Below are positions 8,082 to 17,369 of a DNA stretch of 64,000 nt, in pieces. The stretch spans positions 1,792,001 to 1,856,000 of the forward strand of contig CAVTRN010000002.1 of the NCBI GenBank assembly GCA_963737155.1. Direction: 5' to 3'. A program made the position numbers and the translations under genes. The first letter of the stretch is position 1; every line of letters begins with the position of its first letter. The notes under the pieces are model-generated. The model did no database searches. It was not told where the DNA came from and was given only the letters and a program-made list of their open reading frames with translations. Source of the DNA: Nitrospirota bacterium. Its GTDB lineage: Bacteria > Nitrospirota > UBA9217.

Positions 8082-9723
8082 TGAACTCTGGTCCGCGCAT
8101 TCCCCCTGCTAGGCGCGAAACGCCAGGAGGCAGGTCAAACGGACCGGTGTTGGTTTAAATTCCGTTTAGATTCCTGTGTTTGCAATATTGCGTTGTGTAG
8201 TTGGCTATAATATCTCGCATGGCACCAGTTACAAGCGGAGTTAAATTCAGGGCGTATCCGACGGAGAAACAGCAAGAGAAACTGTCTCAGTTGTTCGGCT
8301 GCCAGCGCCTGATATACAACAGCAAAGTATCAGAATCGCAGTATTTCTACACCTTCAGGAAACACTCCCTTTCTTTAACCGGCATACAGCTGCCAAACGA
8401 TCAACAATACTCGCAGTTTAAGGATAAAGAGCTCACCCCGTTTTTGTACGAGCTGCCTCCACAAGTACTCCGTAATGGCGCCGTCCGATTCATGGGCGCT
8501 CAACAGCGGTTTTTCAAAGGGCTCGCCGAGCGTCCAACGTTCAAGAAGAAATCTGGTCGCCAAACCGTTTGGCTTACAAAAGAACTATTTCAGTTCGAGC
8601 CCACCGGCACGCAAAAGCGGCCACAAAACCAAACAGGGTAAAACAATCTACGAGCACAAGCTGATGATCGGCACAAAAACACACAACCTCGGAGAATTGC
8701 GTTTTAAGGCCCATACGGAATACGATTTACCGGCGACTATTACAATTGCGCGGGATGCCGGTAAGTGGTTTGTCTCCTTCTCCTATGCAGCGTCTGATGA
8801 CCTCAGTTTATCGGAATCCGATCTTATCGCCCGTTACTCAGCGATGAACGCCCAAAATCTCGATAAAATTACGATGGGCATAGACCGTGGTGTGGCTATC
8901 CCCGCTGCGACAAGTGACTGCATCAATCACGATTACTCCGACAACCAAAAGCGTAATCTCGATAAAAAAGAGACCCGCCGGAAACGATACCAGCGAATAA
9001 TGGCCCGCAGGCAAAAAGGATCCCGGCGCTGGAAGCGCGCAAATAGTAAGGTCTCAAGCTGCAATGCGCATGCAGCTAATGTGCGTTTAGACTTCGCCCA
9101 TAAAACCAGTAGAAAATTAGTTGATTCCTATGCAGAAGTCATTGTATTCGAGGACCTGAAAATAAAGAACATGACCAAGACATCGGGACCTAAGCCAGTA
9201 AATGTAAAGAATGGTACTGCCACCGGTAGCGTCGCATACCTTCCCAACGGAGCTGCCGCCAAGGCGGGACTCAACAAAGCGATCCTTGAGTCTGCCTGGG
9301 GCAATATAAAGCTGTTCACCTCCTACAAGGCGAGGAGAGCCAATAAACTCGTCATAGCCGTACCACCGCACGGTACGTCGCAGGAGTGTTCGAAGTGTTC
9401 GCACACTCACCCGGATAACCGCCAGTCTCAAGCGATATTCGAATGCCAACGCTGCGGATATACCGCAAACGCCGACTTCAATGCATCCGCCTCTGTCAAA
9501 AACAGAGGGGTCCGGATGCTGGTCGCCGAAGAGATTGCCGTAAAACAAACAACACGCTCCATGCGGTTAAAGAAAAAGCAGCAACTAGGGCCGGAACGGT
9601 CCGAAGTCACGCGCGGGAAGATGGAAATAAGACGATCTGAGGGCAACTGCCTCCAGATCGCATCCGTCGGGAACCGTGAAACCCCCACAACCATTCCTAC
9701 GGTTTAGTGGCGGGAGAGTTCAT
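8082..9723 (+). mobile_element. IS200/IS605-family (IS1341-like, tnpB-only) element; left boundary uncertain
   Basis: tnpB with no tnpA; right-end hairpin GAAACCCCCAC-AACC..GGTT-TAGTGGCGGG followed by AGAGTTCA(T); nested hairpin at 8088-8147 near the left side. Confidence 0.75.
8219..9707 (+). pseudogene. tnpB: RNA-guided endonuclease TnpB, split by a +1 frameshift at about 8609-8621
   Basis: N-terminal ORF has VKFRAYPTEKQ..LFGCQRLIYN (HTH_OrfB_IS605); C-terminal ORF has RuvC GIDRG, VFEDL, Zn ribbon TSQECSKC...CQRCG and NADFNAS; removing 13 nt joins the two frames. Confidence 0.88.
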
Positions 9724-10057
9724 ATTCCACATACCGCATGATTTTCTTTTCATTTAATCCAACCGTATGAAAAAAACCGTGGGACCAGAATTCATTTCGC
9801 CAATACATTATCTTGATCCAGACAACTGCTCCGCAGTTGCCCTAACTTGCGATAATACATTGCTTTTTAAAGAATAAATCGACTTTCTATTGACGAATTT
9901 AGGTAAATCGGGATATCCGAATAAAAAGTTTCCTTTTTTCTACACCACCAATCTTTTCGCACAATTAGATACCTTAATATGCCAAAATATAGTACAAATT
10001 AACTCAAATTATAAACCGTTATCAAAGTTCAGCAATAAGCCCTCAATGGGTCATCCA

Positions 10058-10086
10058 TTACCTTTTCGTCCTTTCGGTGCTATCTT
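10058..10086 (+). promoter_or_regulatory. Putative extended -10 promoter for the dikinase gene
   Basis: TTACCT-N17-TATCTT with a TGn extension, at the end of an AT-rich intergenic region. Confidence 0.4.
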
Positions 10087-10140
10087 GAATATAAGAGGGA
10101 TTTTTTTTATTTTCCCCACAGCCCGGAGGGATGAGCTGCC

Positions 10141-13100
10141 ATGACAAGATTGGTTAACCGGACAAATACCATCTGCAGTCTTGATTACTTAGTGGGCACG
10201 CTTGCCACGGCATATAAGGGAAACATTACATCGCTTGTTGCAAAGGATTTCTGTATAAATGACGAGGGGATGGAAACGACATTGCAGGGAACCGTCCTCG
10301 CGATACCTGAGGGTAATTATGAGGCATCACTGAACCAGAGTGGTGTTGAGTTGTCTCGCGTCGTCCTCAGGAACGGCTCGTTCGTCTTCAAAGCGGATAG
10401 CACAAGCATCGCGAGGGCTCGCGACCTCCAGATCGATATCGGGCAATCTGGTCGGCATATCGGGACATTCCTGCTGAAAAAGTCAAATGCCAACGGGCTG
10501 TATATTTCAGCGGTTGAGCTCTCGAAAGAACTCGCGGGAATCGACCTTACTCTGCTTACCTCGCCTTTGCGGGATAAGGCGGGCTTGCTGCGCAAAGCCG
10601 AAGATATTGTATCCCAGGCGCACTCCACCAAGAAGGATTGGCCCGCGTTCTCGGAAGCAGTGTACGGCTTTGCGCACGATTTTTTCTGGAGTTCAGCAGA
10701 GGCATTTTACAGAGCCTTCGACATTTTGGCCCGCTTTACGCTACTTGCCGCGGAACATGCCGCCATCGCCGATCAGAGCAAACCGCTATCCAACTATTTC
10801 GATCTCCTGGACCTGCTCATTGATCAGGAAACTGATCACATCCGTCTGCGCACACTGACCGAAATGTGGGCAACGTTGCTCTCTCGGTCTTCGATCGACC
10901 TTGCGCCTCAGGCGCGCCGCGCTGCCGCTTCCCTTGACCGGGTCTGGATAAAATTCCCTGACCTCAATCTCCGGGCACTAGTGCTGATGCTCGTTACCTC
11001 TATCCGAAAAGCCACCGATTCTATAATGTTCCTTCACAGCCGGGTTGTCGATCCGCTTTCTGAGCTGATTCCCGCAGAGGACGCCGAAATACTGGCCCGG
11101 TTCGGAGAGCCAGGACATCGGCGGATGACGCAGGCTCTTTTCGAGGTGGAGCTGCGGGTGGAAAAAGGCGATACTGGCGGTGCAGTGGCATTGATAAGAG
11201 GTCTTGATTTCGATGTTCTTGATGACCGGAAGGCTGTCGGGATCCTGTTCGATATTGCGGAAAAGGATCTCTCGACGGCAACTGCCAGTCTCCTAAATGA
11301 GGCCATAACCCTGTACCTGTCAAAAGCGTCGCACTTGTCCGGCCGGGCAGTGGAAGCTATCAGTGCGTCCCTGCCCCGGATACTTGAACACCTGATCAGT
11401 CTCGATATGGAGGAAATGTGCGAAGACCTGCTACGCAAGATCAACGAGACAAGTTCTGTGCTGCAGGATCGGATCTTACTGGCACCTGCTGTTGCCGGAT
11501 CGATTCTCAGTTCCGGCCGAAGCAGTCTGATAGCTCAGTACCAGGACAGTCTTCGATCGATACTGATACCCGCAGCCCGGGTTCGAGGCATATCCCCGGA
11601 TACGTGGGCTGAGCTTGTCAATCCCCTGCATCTGGAACAATTAACCCGGTTCATGGAATTGCTAAGAGTTGGAGGAGCAGTGCTTGAAAGCGTGATGGTT
11701 CAGGTTATGGCGAACCTTTCAGTGGGCGGAGTGTTGATCCCTGATGACCGGCTGTTTCAGCGCAGGGTTTCAGCCTATCTGAACTCGCCGGCAATGAAAG
11801 GAAGCTTTATACTGAACTTCCTGTTGCTTTCGATGTTCCCCGTTTATTTTAACGATGTGGGTGCGGTAAGCAGAATCAGGGACTATTCCACGGAGCTCGA
11901 CGCTTGGGGCAACGACGTGGTTATATATTTTCTCCGGAAACAGGTACATGTGAACGCGAGCAACAACAACATCCATCTAATCGAGAGTGTTTTGAAGGCC
12001 TGGGCTTTGAACGATCCACGATTACTGAACAACGTAGTGGCGTTCGATATAGCAACCAACGCTGATCTCCGGCTCATGGCACGGTATTCTGCGGTTCTTA
12101 ATCCCTTTTTCAGGGACGTGGGAGTACTGGATGAAAAGGGGCTGCATCTTGAACGGGTGCTGCAGCTTGACGACCATGCGATAGACAAGCGTCTTAGCGT
12201 TGCTGAGAGGGAGGACGTCGAGGAGATAACAAAGGTAAAGCTCCTGTGTAAACTGTACAAGGAGGTTTCGAGAAAATATTCCCTCGTTAACAGGGATATC
12301 GAGATCCACGATGTCCATGCGAGACTTCTCGATATCGTTGCCCGGCTTAAGGTACTTAAAGGCATCATCCTATCTCAGGAACGGACGGAAGCGCATGAAT
12401 CCCTGTATTTCAAAAGACATATAGCCTTCGGAATTCCGTCGGTACTCGGCACGTATCATGAAACTAAGTTCGACGCTCTCAGTGAGCTGATGCGGCACGG
12501 GGAGGAAATCCCGGTCCTTATGGAGATGATCATTGCCGATCTTGAAAGCAAAGGATCATCAGCAACCGATAATGATAAGCGGAAGTGGCTCATTTCTCTC
12601 AGTACGGCATGGCAGGCCCTCAAGCAGTACGGCATGCAGAATGTGCGGATTGACGAGTTCATCATGGTTCTCGAACAGGACCGGCTGTATCCACCTCAGA
12701 TCATCGACGTGCTGAAAATGTGGCAGAAGGAGCTTGCCTGGCTCGTGTACTCGATCAGCAGGACCTTACATCGGCCGCTTGAGGAGATTCTGAAGAGGTT
12801 TCCAGAGGAAGATCTGCCCGAGCACCTCCTGGTTTTGAATACCTCTTTGCCTAATTTTATGGGAAAGGCTGTGGACGCGGTCTTGCGGGACATCCTGAGC
12901 AGTATTCCTGGTCTGGTCGAGTCCGACCGGATGCTCGATAAGCTTATCACGGTCTTGCGTTCACATGCGGATCGAAGGGATGTTAGAGATGAAGGGAGGG
13001 GCAAGTTATCGAAGAATCGAGAATTCTACGATATCTATGCCATTCCAGCGCAGGAGGCACTGAGGCTAGGACCTATTCTCGGAAATAAGGCTAAAAATCT

Positions 13101-14529
13101 TATATTTGCGAAGCAAAAAGGACTAAACGTCCCTCCGGGTGTTGTTCTGCCTGCCGGCCAGGCTGTAGTTCCGGCCAGTGACAGGGACGAACCCGGCTAT
13201 CTTGATTTTCTCCACAAGGCGATTGGAGCTATTGAGACGAAAACGGGGAGAACATTCGGCGGAACGAGGCACCCGCTATTTCTTTCAGTGCGTAGCGGCT
13301 CCTATCCTTCCATGCCAGGCATTCTCAATTCCATTCTATATTGCGGAATGAACGAACAAACGGTAGATGCATTTATCAGCGATACCGGTAATACCGAACT
13401 GGGGTTGGACTCCTACCGAAGGTTCATTGAACATTACGGGACTTCCGTTTTGGGTCTGACTATCGATTTTTTTGAGAATATTTCAAAGGAATATAGAGGC
13501 GCCCATTCCCTCGATCCAGGCGTACCCCAGGAAGCGGTGGATCTAAAATCGATCGTTGGCCTGTATCAGGATCGGCTTCACGAAAAAGGCTTTCAGGTCC
13601 CTTCAGACGTTTACGAACAGCTTCGATGCTGCATAGGCGCAGTGTACAGTTCATGGGAGAGCGAGCGCGCCCTTCAGTTCCGCTCCGCGACTGGAATATC
13701 AGAAGTCTGGGGTACGTCAGTCACGCTCATGGAGATGATTATGGGAAACCAGCAAGGATGCGGTACTTCGATCTTTTTCACGCGGGATCCTGCCACGGGA
13801 GAAAATACCGTGTACGGTGAAACACGAGAAAATTCCAGCGGTGATGACCTGACTTCAGGAAGGACTTCGGGCCGCCCCCTCTCGCGAGGGCAAGGAGCAA
13901 CATTGCGGAAAAGCCTTGAAGAGACTGATCCGGAGCTTTACCGTCTTCATCAAGAAATCGCGATTACAATCGAGGGTGCTTTCGGCAATCTTCCTCAGGA
14001 AGTTGAGGTGACCTACACCCGGGGCAGGAATGGGGCGCCCTGTCTGTTTGTACTCCAGACGAGACGCATGGAGGAGTATGGAGGGATCGCCAGGATATTC
14101 GACGATATATGTAGGATGGAGACCCGGGTGATCGGAAGGGGAATTGGCGCCAACGGAGGAGCGCTGAGCGGCGTTGTGTCGTTCGAGGACACACCAGAAC
14201 GGATTGAAGGCCTAGGCAGAAAAAGCGGCATGCCGGTGATCCTCATACGAAATACAGCTAACACAGCCGATGTTTCGCTTATGCCCTTTATCAAGGGAAT
14301 TATCACGGCCTCAGGCGGGGTCACCTCGCATGCCGCGGTTCTTGCCCATACCTTTGGTCTGTCAGCAGTAGTAGCCTGCGCCGACCTGAAAGTATATACT
14401 GAAAAGCAAGGACGCACCTCAGCTTTTATCGGAGCTACACAAGTCCAAGAGGGAACAATTCTCAGCATTGACGGCAGGACAGGGCTTGTGTTTTCAGGAC
14501 TCTGCGCTTCGGAACAGGAGAGGACTTAA
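10141..14529 (+). CDS. Large PPDK-like dikinase: about 970-aa uncharacterised N-terminal region, ATP-grasp domain and phospho-His domain; no pyruvate-binding barrel
   Basis: LGNKAKNL, PLFLSVRSG..SMPG, DSYRRFI, FFTRDPATGE, LFVLQTRR, GGVTSHAAVLA, SIDGRTG; protein ends right after the His domain; start codon uncertain. Confidence 0.85.
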   Translation: MTRLVNRTNTICSLDYLVGTLATAYKGNITSLVAKDFCINDEGMETTLQGTVLAIPEGNYEASLNQSGVELSRVVLRNGSFVFKADSTSIARARDLQIDIGQSGRHIGTFLLKKSNANGLYISAVELSKELAGIDLTLLTSPLRDKAGLLRKAEDIVSQAHSTKKDWPAFSEAVYGFAHDFFWSSAEAFYRAFDILARFTLLAAEHAAIADQSKPLSNYFDLLDLLIDQETDHIRLRTLTEMWATLLSRSSIDLAPQARRAAASLDRVWIKFPDLNLRALVLMLVTSIRKATDSIMFLHSRVVDPLSELIPAEDAEILARFGEPGHRRMTQALFEVELRVEKGDTGGAVALIRGLDFDVLDDRKAVGILFDIAEKDLSTATASLLNEAITLYLSKASHLSGRAVEAISASLPRILEHLISLDMEEMCEDLLRKINETSSVLQDRILLAPAVAGSILSSGRSSLIAQYQDSLRSILIPAARVRGISPDTWAELVNPLHLEQLTRFMELLRVGGAVLESVMVQVMANLSVGGVLIPDDRLFQRRVSAYLNSPAMKGSFILNFLLLSMFPVYFNDVGAVSRIRDYSTELDAWGNDVVIYFLRKQVHVNASNNNIHLIESVLKAWALNDPRLLNNVVAFDIATNADLRLMARYSAVLNPFFRDVGVLDEKGLHLERVLQLDDHAIDKRLSVAEREDVEEITKVKLLCKLYKEVSRKYSLVNRDIEIHDVHARLLDIVARLKVLKGIILSQERTEAHESLYFKRHIAFGIPSVLGTYHETKFDALSELMRHGEEIPVLMEMIIADLESKGSSATDNDKRKWLISLSTAWQALKQYGMQNVRIDEFIMVLEQDRLYPPQIIDVLKMWQKELAWLVYSISRTLHRPLEEILKRFPEEDLPEHLLVLNTSLPNFMGKAVDAVLRDILSSIPGLVESDRMLDKLITVLRSHADRRDVRDEGRGKLSKNREFYDIYAIPAQEALRLGPILGNKAKNLIFAKQKGLNVPPGVVLPAGQAVVPASDRDEPGYLDFLHKAIGAIETKTGRTFGGTRHPLFLSVRSGSYPSMPGILNSILYCGMNEQTVDAFISDTGNTELGLDSYRRFIEHYGTSVLGLTIDFFENISKEYRGAHSLDPGVPQEAVDLKSIVGLYQDRLHEKGFQVPSDVYEQLRCCIGAVYSSWESERALQFRSATGISEVWGTSVTLMEMIMGNQQGCGTSIFFTRDPATGENTVYGETRENSSGDDLTSGRTSGRPLSRGQGATLRKSLEETDPELYRLHQEIAITIEGAFGNLPQEVEVTYTRGRNGAPCLFVLQTRRMEEYGGIARIFDDICRMETRVIGRGIGANGGALSGVVSFEDTPERIEGLGRKSGMPVILIRNTANTADVSLMPFIKGIITASGGVTSHAAVLAHTFGLSAVVACADLKVYTEKQGRTSAFIGATQVQEGTILSIDGRTGLVFSGLCASEQERT

Positions 14530-14738
14530 ATGTCGTGACGCAACCCGTCAGTTATGCAGGTGATCATCCCGAATCAAGAGCGATACTGTTCAGCCGCAGT
14601 CGAGAGAGTTTGTTAGTTTATCGCCAAACGGGAATCTATCTTGATATACTTTTATTAAAAGGTCATCTCTGGTTTTCCCTTGTTGATTCGACAAAGGATG
14701 TACCCTGAGGCGCCTCTACCCAAGAAAGGAGGCACTTC

Positions 14739-15749
14739 ATGAAAGCTATCGCCATCAATGGTCTAGGCCGCATCGGAAGGCTGCTCTTGCGCCTGTACAT
14801 CGAAAATCCTCCTGAACAGGTGGTTTTGGTGGCGGCAAACAGCCCAGCGCCGATTGAAGATCTTGCCTACCTCATCAAATACGACTCCGTTCACGGACGA
14901 GCTCCCTTTGAAATCAGGAGTGGGCCCGGATATTTGGAATTGGGTATCCGCCGCATGAGAATAGCGGTTTCCCATGAAAAAGACCCGGAAAAGATTCCCT
15001 GGCGCAACCAGGGTGTTGACATCGTTCTTGAGTGCACCGGCATGTTCCGCAAACGGGAGGATGCGGCAAAACATTTGACTGCAGGCGCATCAAAGGTCAT
15101 CATCAGCGCTGATGCGAAAAGCGATGACCTGACCGTGGTTATGGGGGTGAATGAGAAGTCTTATGACCCGGCTCTGCATCATGTGATTTCCAATGCATCG
15201 TGCACTACGAACTGCCTAGCGCCCACGGCCAAGGTGCTGAACGACTCTTTCGGGATTGAATATCTCATGGCCACGACCGTCCATGCCTATACGTCCAGCC
15301 AGGCACTCATTGATCGTTCATCTTCCGGACATCGGCGGAGAGGGCGGGCAGCGGCCGTATCGCTCGTCCCCTCCAGCACAGGGGCGGCCAGGGCAACTGA
15401 GCGTGTGCTCCCCGAATTAAAAGGAAAAATGAACGCCATGGCGGTCCGCGTGCCTGTCGCAAATGGGTCACTCACGGACATCACGGCGCACTTGACTAAA
15501 GATGCGTCCATTGAAAGCGTGAACGCGGCGTTCAGGGCTGCTGCCGAGAAGACGATGCAGGGGATTTTGGGTTACAGCGAGGACGAACTGGTTTCCGCTG
15601 ACATCGTAGGGGACGAACACTCGGCAATTATTGATGGTGCTTCGACCCTGGTTCTCATGAACAGGGTGGTAAAGGTGCTGGCTTGGTACGATAACGAATA
15701 CGGCTATGCGCGCCGCCTACTTGATTTGGCCGGGTACATTGCACGGTAG
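14739..15749 (+). CDS. gap: Type I glyceraldehyde-3-phosphate dehydrogenase (possibly NADP-preferring)
   Basis: INGLGRIGR, YDSVHG, SNASCTTNCLAP, STGAA, WYDNEYGY; SD AAGGAGG. Confidence 0.93.
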   Translation: MKAIAINGLGRIGRLLLRLYIENPPEQVVLVAANSPAPIEDLAYLIKYDSVHGRAPFEIRSGPGYLELGIRRMRIAVSHEKDPEKIPWRNQGVDIVLECTGMFRKREDAAKHLTAGASKVIISADAKSDDLTVVMGVNEKSYDPALHHVISNASCTTNCLAPTAKVLNDSFGIEYLMATTVHAYTSSQALIDRSSSGHRRRGRAAAVSLVPSSTGAARATERVLPELKGKMNAMAVRVPVANGSLTDITAHLTKDASIESVNAAFRAAAEKTMQGILGYSEDELVSADIVGDEHSAIIDGASTLVLMNRVVKVLAWYDNEYGYARRLLDLAGYIAR

Positions 15750-15846
15750 GGAGGGGAAGCGATGAATCCCTAGGCGCGGACAGATCATATCTACGTCCTC
15801 TTATGTGGTTAATCCGCGGTTCCAGCTGCCATTGACGTCGATTTCT

Positions 15847-15876
15847 TTGACAGCGAGCCCTGAGGAGTGGTATTGT
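15847..15876 (+). promoter_or_regulatory. Putative sigma70 promoter of the DEAD-box helicase
   Basis: TTGACA-N18-TATTGT with a TGn extension. Confidence 0.5.
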
Positions 15877-15950
15877 ATCGACGATTTAAAGACGGCGACC
15901 GCTTCCAGTCACCGTTTATTCAAGCAAAATCAGAGAGAAAGAAGGTACTA

Positions 15951-17309
15951 GTGAATTTCGGCTCGTTCAAATTCCATCATCAGATAGCGGCCGGCATCAA
16001 AGCGCTCGGCTATCATACACCAACACCCATCCAGCTCCAAGCCATCCCGCCGGTTCTTGAAGGCCATGATGTTATGGGCCTTGCGCAGACCGGGACCGGC
16101 AAAACAGCCGCTTTCGTGCTCCCCATACTCGAACGACTGCTCCCGGGACCGCGTGGAAAGGTCCGGGCGCTCATCATCGCCCCTACGCGCGAACTGGCCG
16201 AGCAGATCCATGTGGCCATTGCCGAGCTCGGCAATGGCACACACATCAGGAGCTGTACCATTTACGGCGGCGTGGGTTTGAACCCGCAGATTCAAAAACT
16301 TCGCGCCGGTATCGATATTGTTGTGGCATGCCCGGGTCGTCTGCTCGATCACATCAATCAAAAGACGATTGATCTTTCCTCCCTGGAAGTCTTGGTCCTC
16401 GATGAAGCGGACCGCATGTTCGATATGGGTTTTCTTCCCGATGTTCGTAGGATTATCAAGTACCTTCCCGCAAAGCGTCAGAATCTCATGTTCTCGGCAA
16501 CCATGGCTGACGACATCAGAAAACTGGCTCATGAAGTTCTGCATAAACCGGTTACCGTGCAGGTTGGCCATACAGCACCCGCGAATACCGTGTCCCATGC
16601 GCTCTACCCGGTTGAACAGCACCTGAAAACTGGTCTTCTCATGGAGATATTGAAACATACAGACACTGAATCAATCCTCATTTTCACACGGACGAAACAT
16701 CGGGCTAAACGCATCGGACAACAGCTTGAAAAAGCCGGGTATAAAGCTGCTTCGCTCCAAGGTAATCTATCGCAGAACAAGCGTCAGGAAGCTCTTGACG
16801 GTTTCCGCAATGGCAGGTACCAGATACTCGTGGCAACGGACATCGCGGCGCGGGGTATTGACGTCTCTTCTATATCACACGTCATCAACTATGACATCCC
16901 CGATACAACCGATGCCTACACGCACCGCATCGGACGGACAGGCAGGGCGGCAAAAACCGGAGACGCCTTCACCTTCGTTACCAAAGAAGACGAACCGCTG
17001 GTCAGAAGCATTGAGCATATTCTAGAGGAAAAAATTGAGCGAAGGACCCTCAAAGATTTTGATTATCGGAAACCGGCACCTCTACGGGACACTGAGTTTG
17101 TCCGTCCACCGCGAGAACCTCAGCAACGCCGGATCCACCCCAAAGGGAAAAACACAGGAAGCGCTTCAACGACAGGCTCACGGTCATCAGCACCAACTAC
17201 GGCCTCGAAACAGCATAAAGCAGCTCCTCGGAGTCCTTCTGCGCCTCATCATTCCCCGGGCACATGGACGTTCAAACCGCGGAGGCACAAGCCGAGCTCC
17301 AGCTCATAG
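15951..17309 (+). CDS. rhlE: DEAD-box RNA helicase (RhlE-like), GTG start
   Basis: Q motif PTPIQ, AQTGTGKT, PTRELA, DEAD, SAT, ARGID, HRIGRTGRA; basic disordered tail; SD GAAGG before GTG 15951. Confidence 0.9.
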   Translation: MNFGSFKFHHQIAAGIKALGYHTPTPIQLQAIPPVLEGHDVMGLAQTGTGKTAAFVLPILERLLPGPRGKVRALIIAPTRELAEQIHVAIAELGNGTHIRSCTIYGGVGLNPQIQKLRAGIDIVVACPGRLLDHINQKTIDLSSLEVLVLDEADRMFDMGFLPDVRRIIKYLPAKRQNLMFSATMADDIRKLAHEVLHKPVTVQVGHTAPANTVSHALYPVEQHLKTGLLMEILKHTDTESILIFTRTKHRAKRIGQQLEKAGYKAASLQGNLSQNKRQEALDGFRNGRYQILVATDIAARGIDVSSISHVINYDIPDTTDAYTHRIGRTGRAAKTGDAFTFVTKEDEPLVRSIEHILEEKIERRTLKDFDYRKPAPLRDTEFVRPPREPQQRRIHPKGKNTGSASTTGSRSSAPTTASKQHKAAPRSPSAPHHSPGTWTFKPRRHKPSSSS

Positions 17310-17369
17310 AAGCTAAAGCATCAGCGGTATTTGAATTTGCTCAATGGTATCCGACAGGGGGCTTGTTTT

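Noticed and set aside
8090-8145. GAAA-loop hairpin as a c-di-GMP-I or other riboswitch
   Set aside because: Lacks the conserved two-stem layout and GCAAA/tetraloop-receptor sequences; lies upstream of a transposon gene
7952-8158. 68-aa ORF as a possible tnpA remnant
   Set aside because: No convincing HUH plus catalytic Tyr pattern or serine-resolvase motif; it overlaps the hairpin region
9813-9827. TTGATCCAGACAA as an FNR/CRP-family box
   Set aside because: Only one half-site matches and it is far from the predicted promoter
9890-10144. 84-aa ORF upstream of the dikinase
   Set aside because: AT-rich, no SD, spans the likely promoter; probably non-coding
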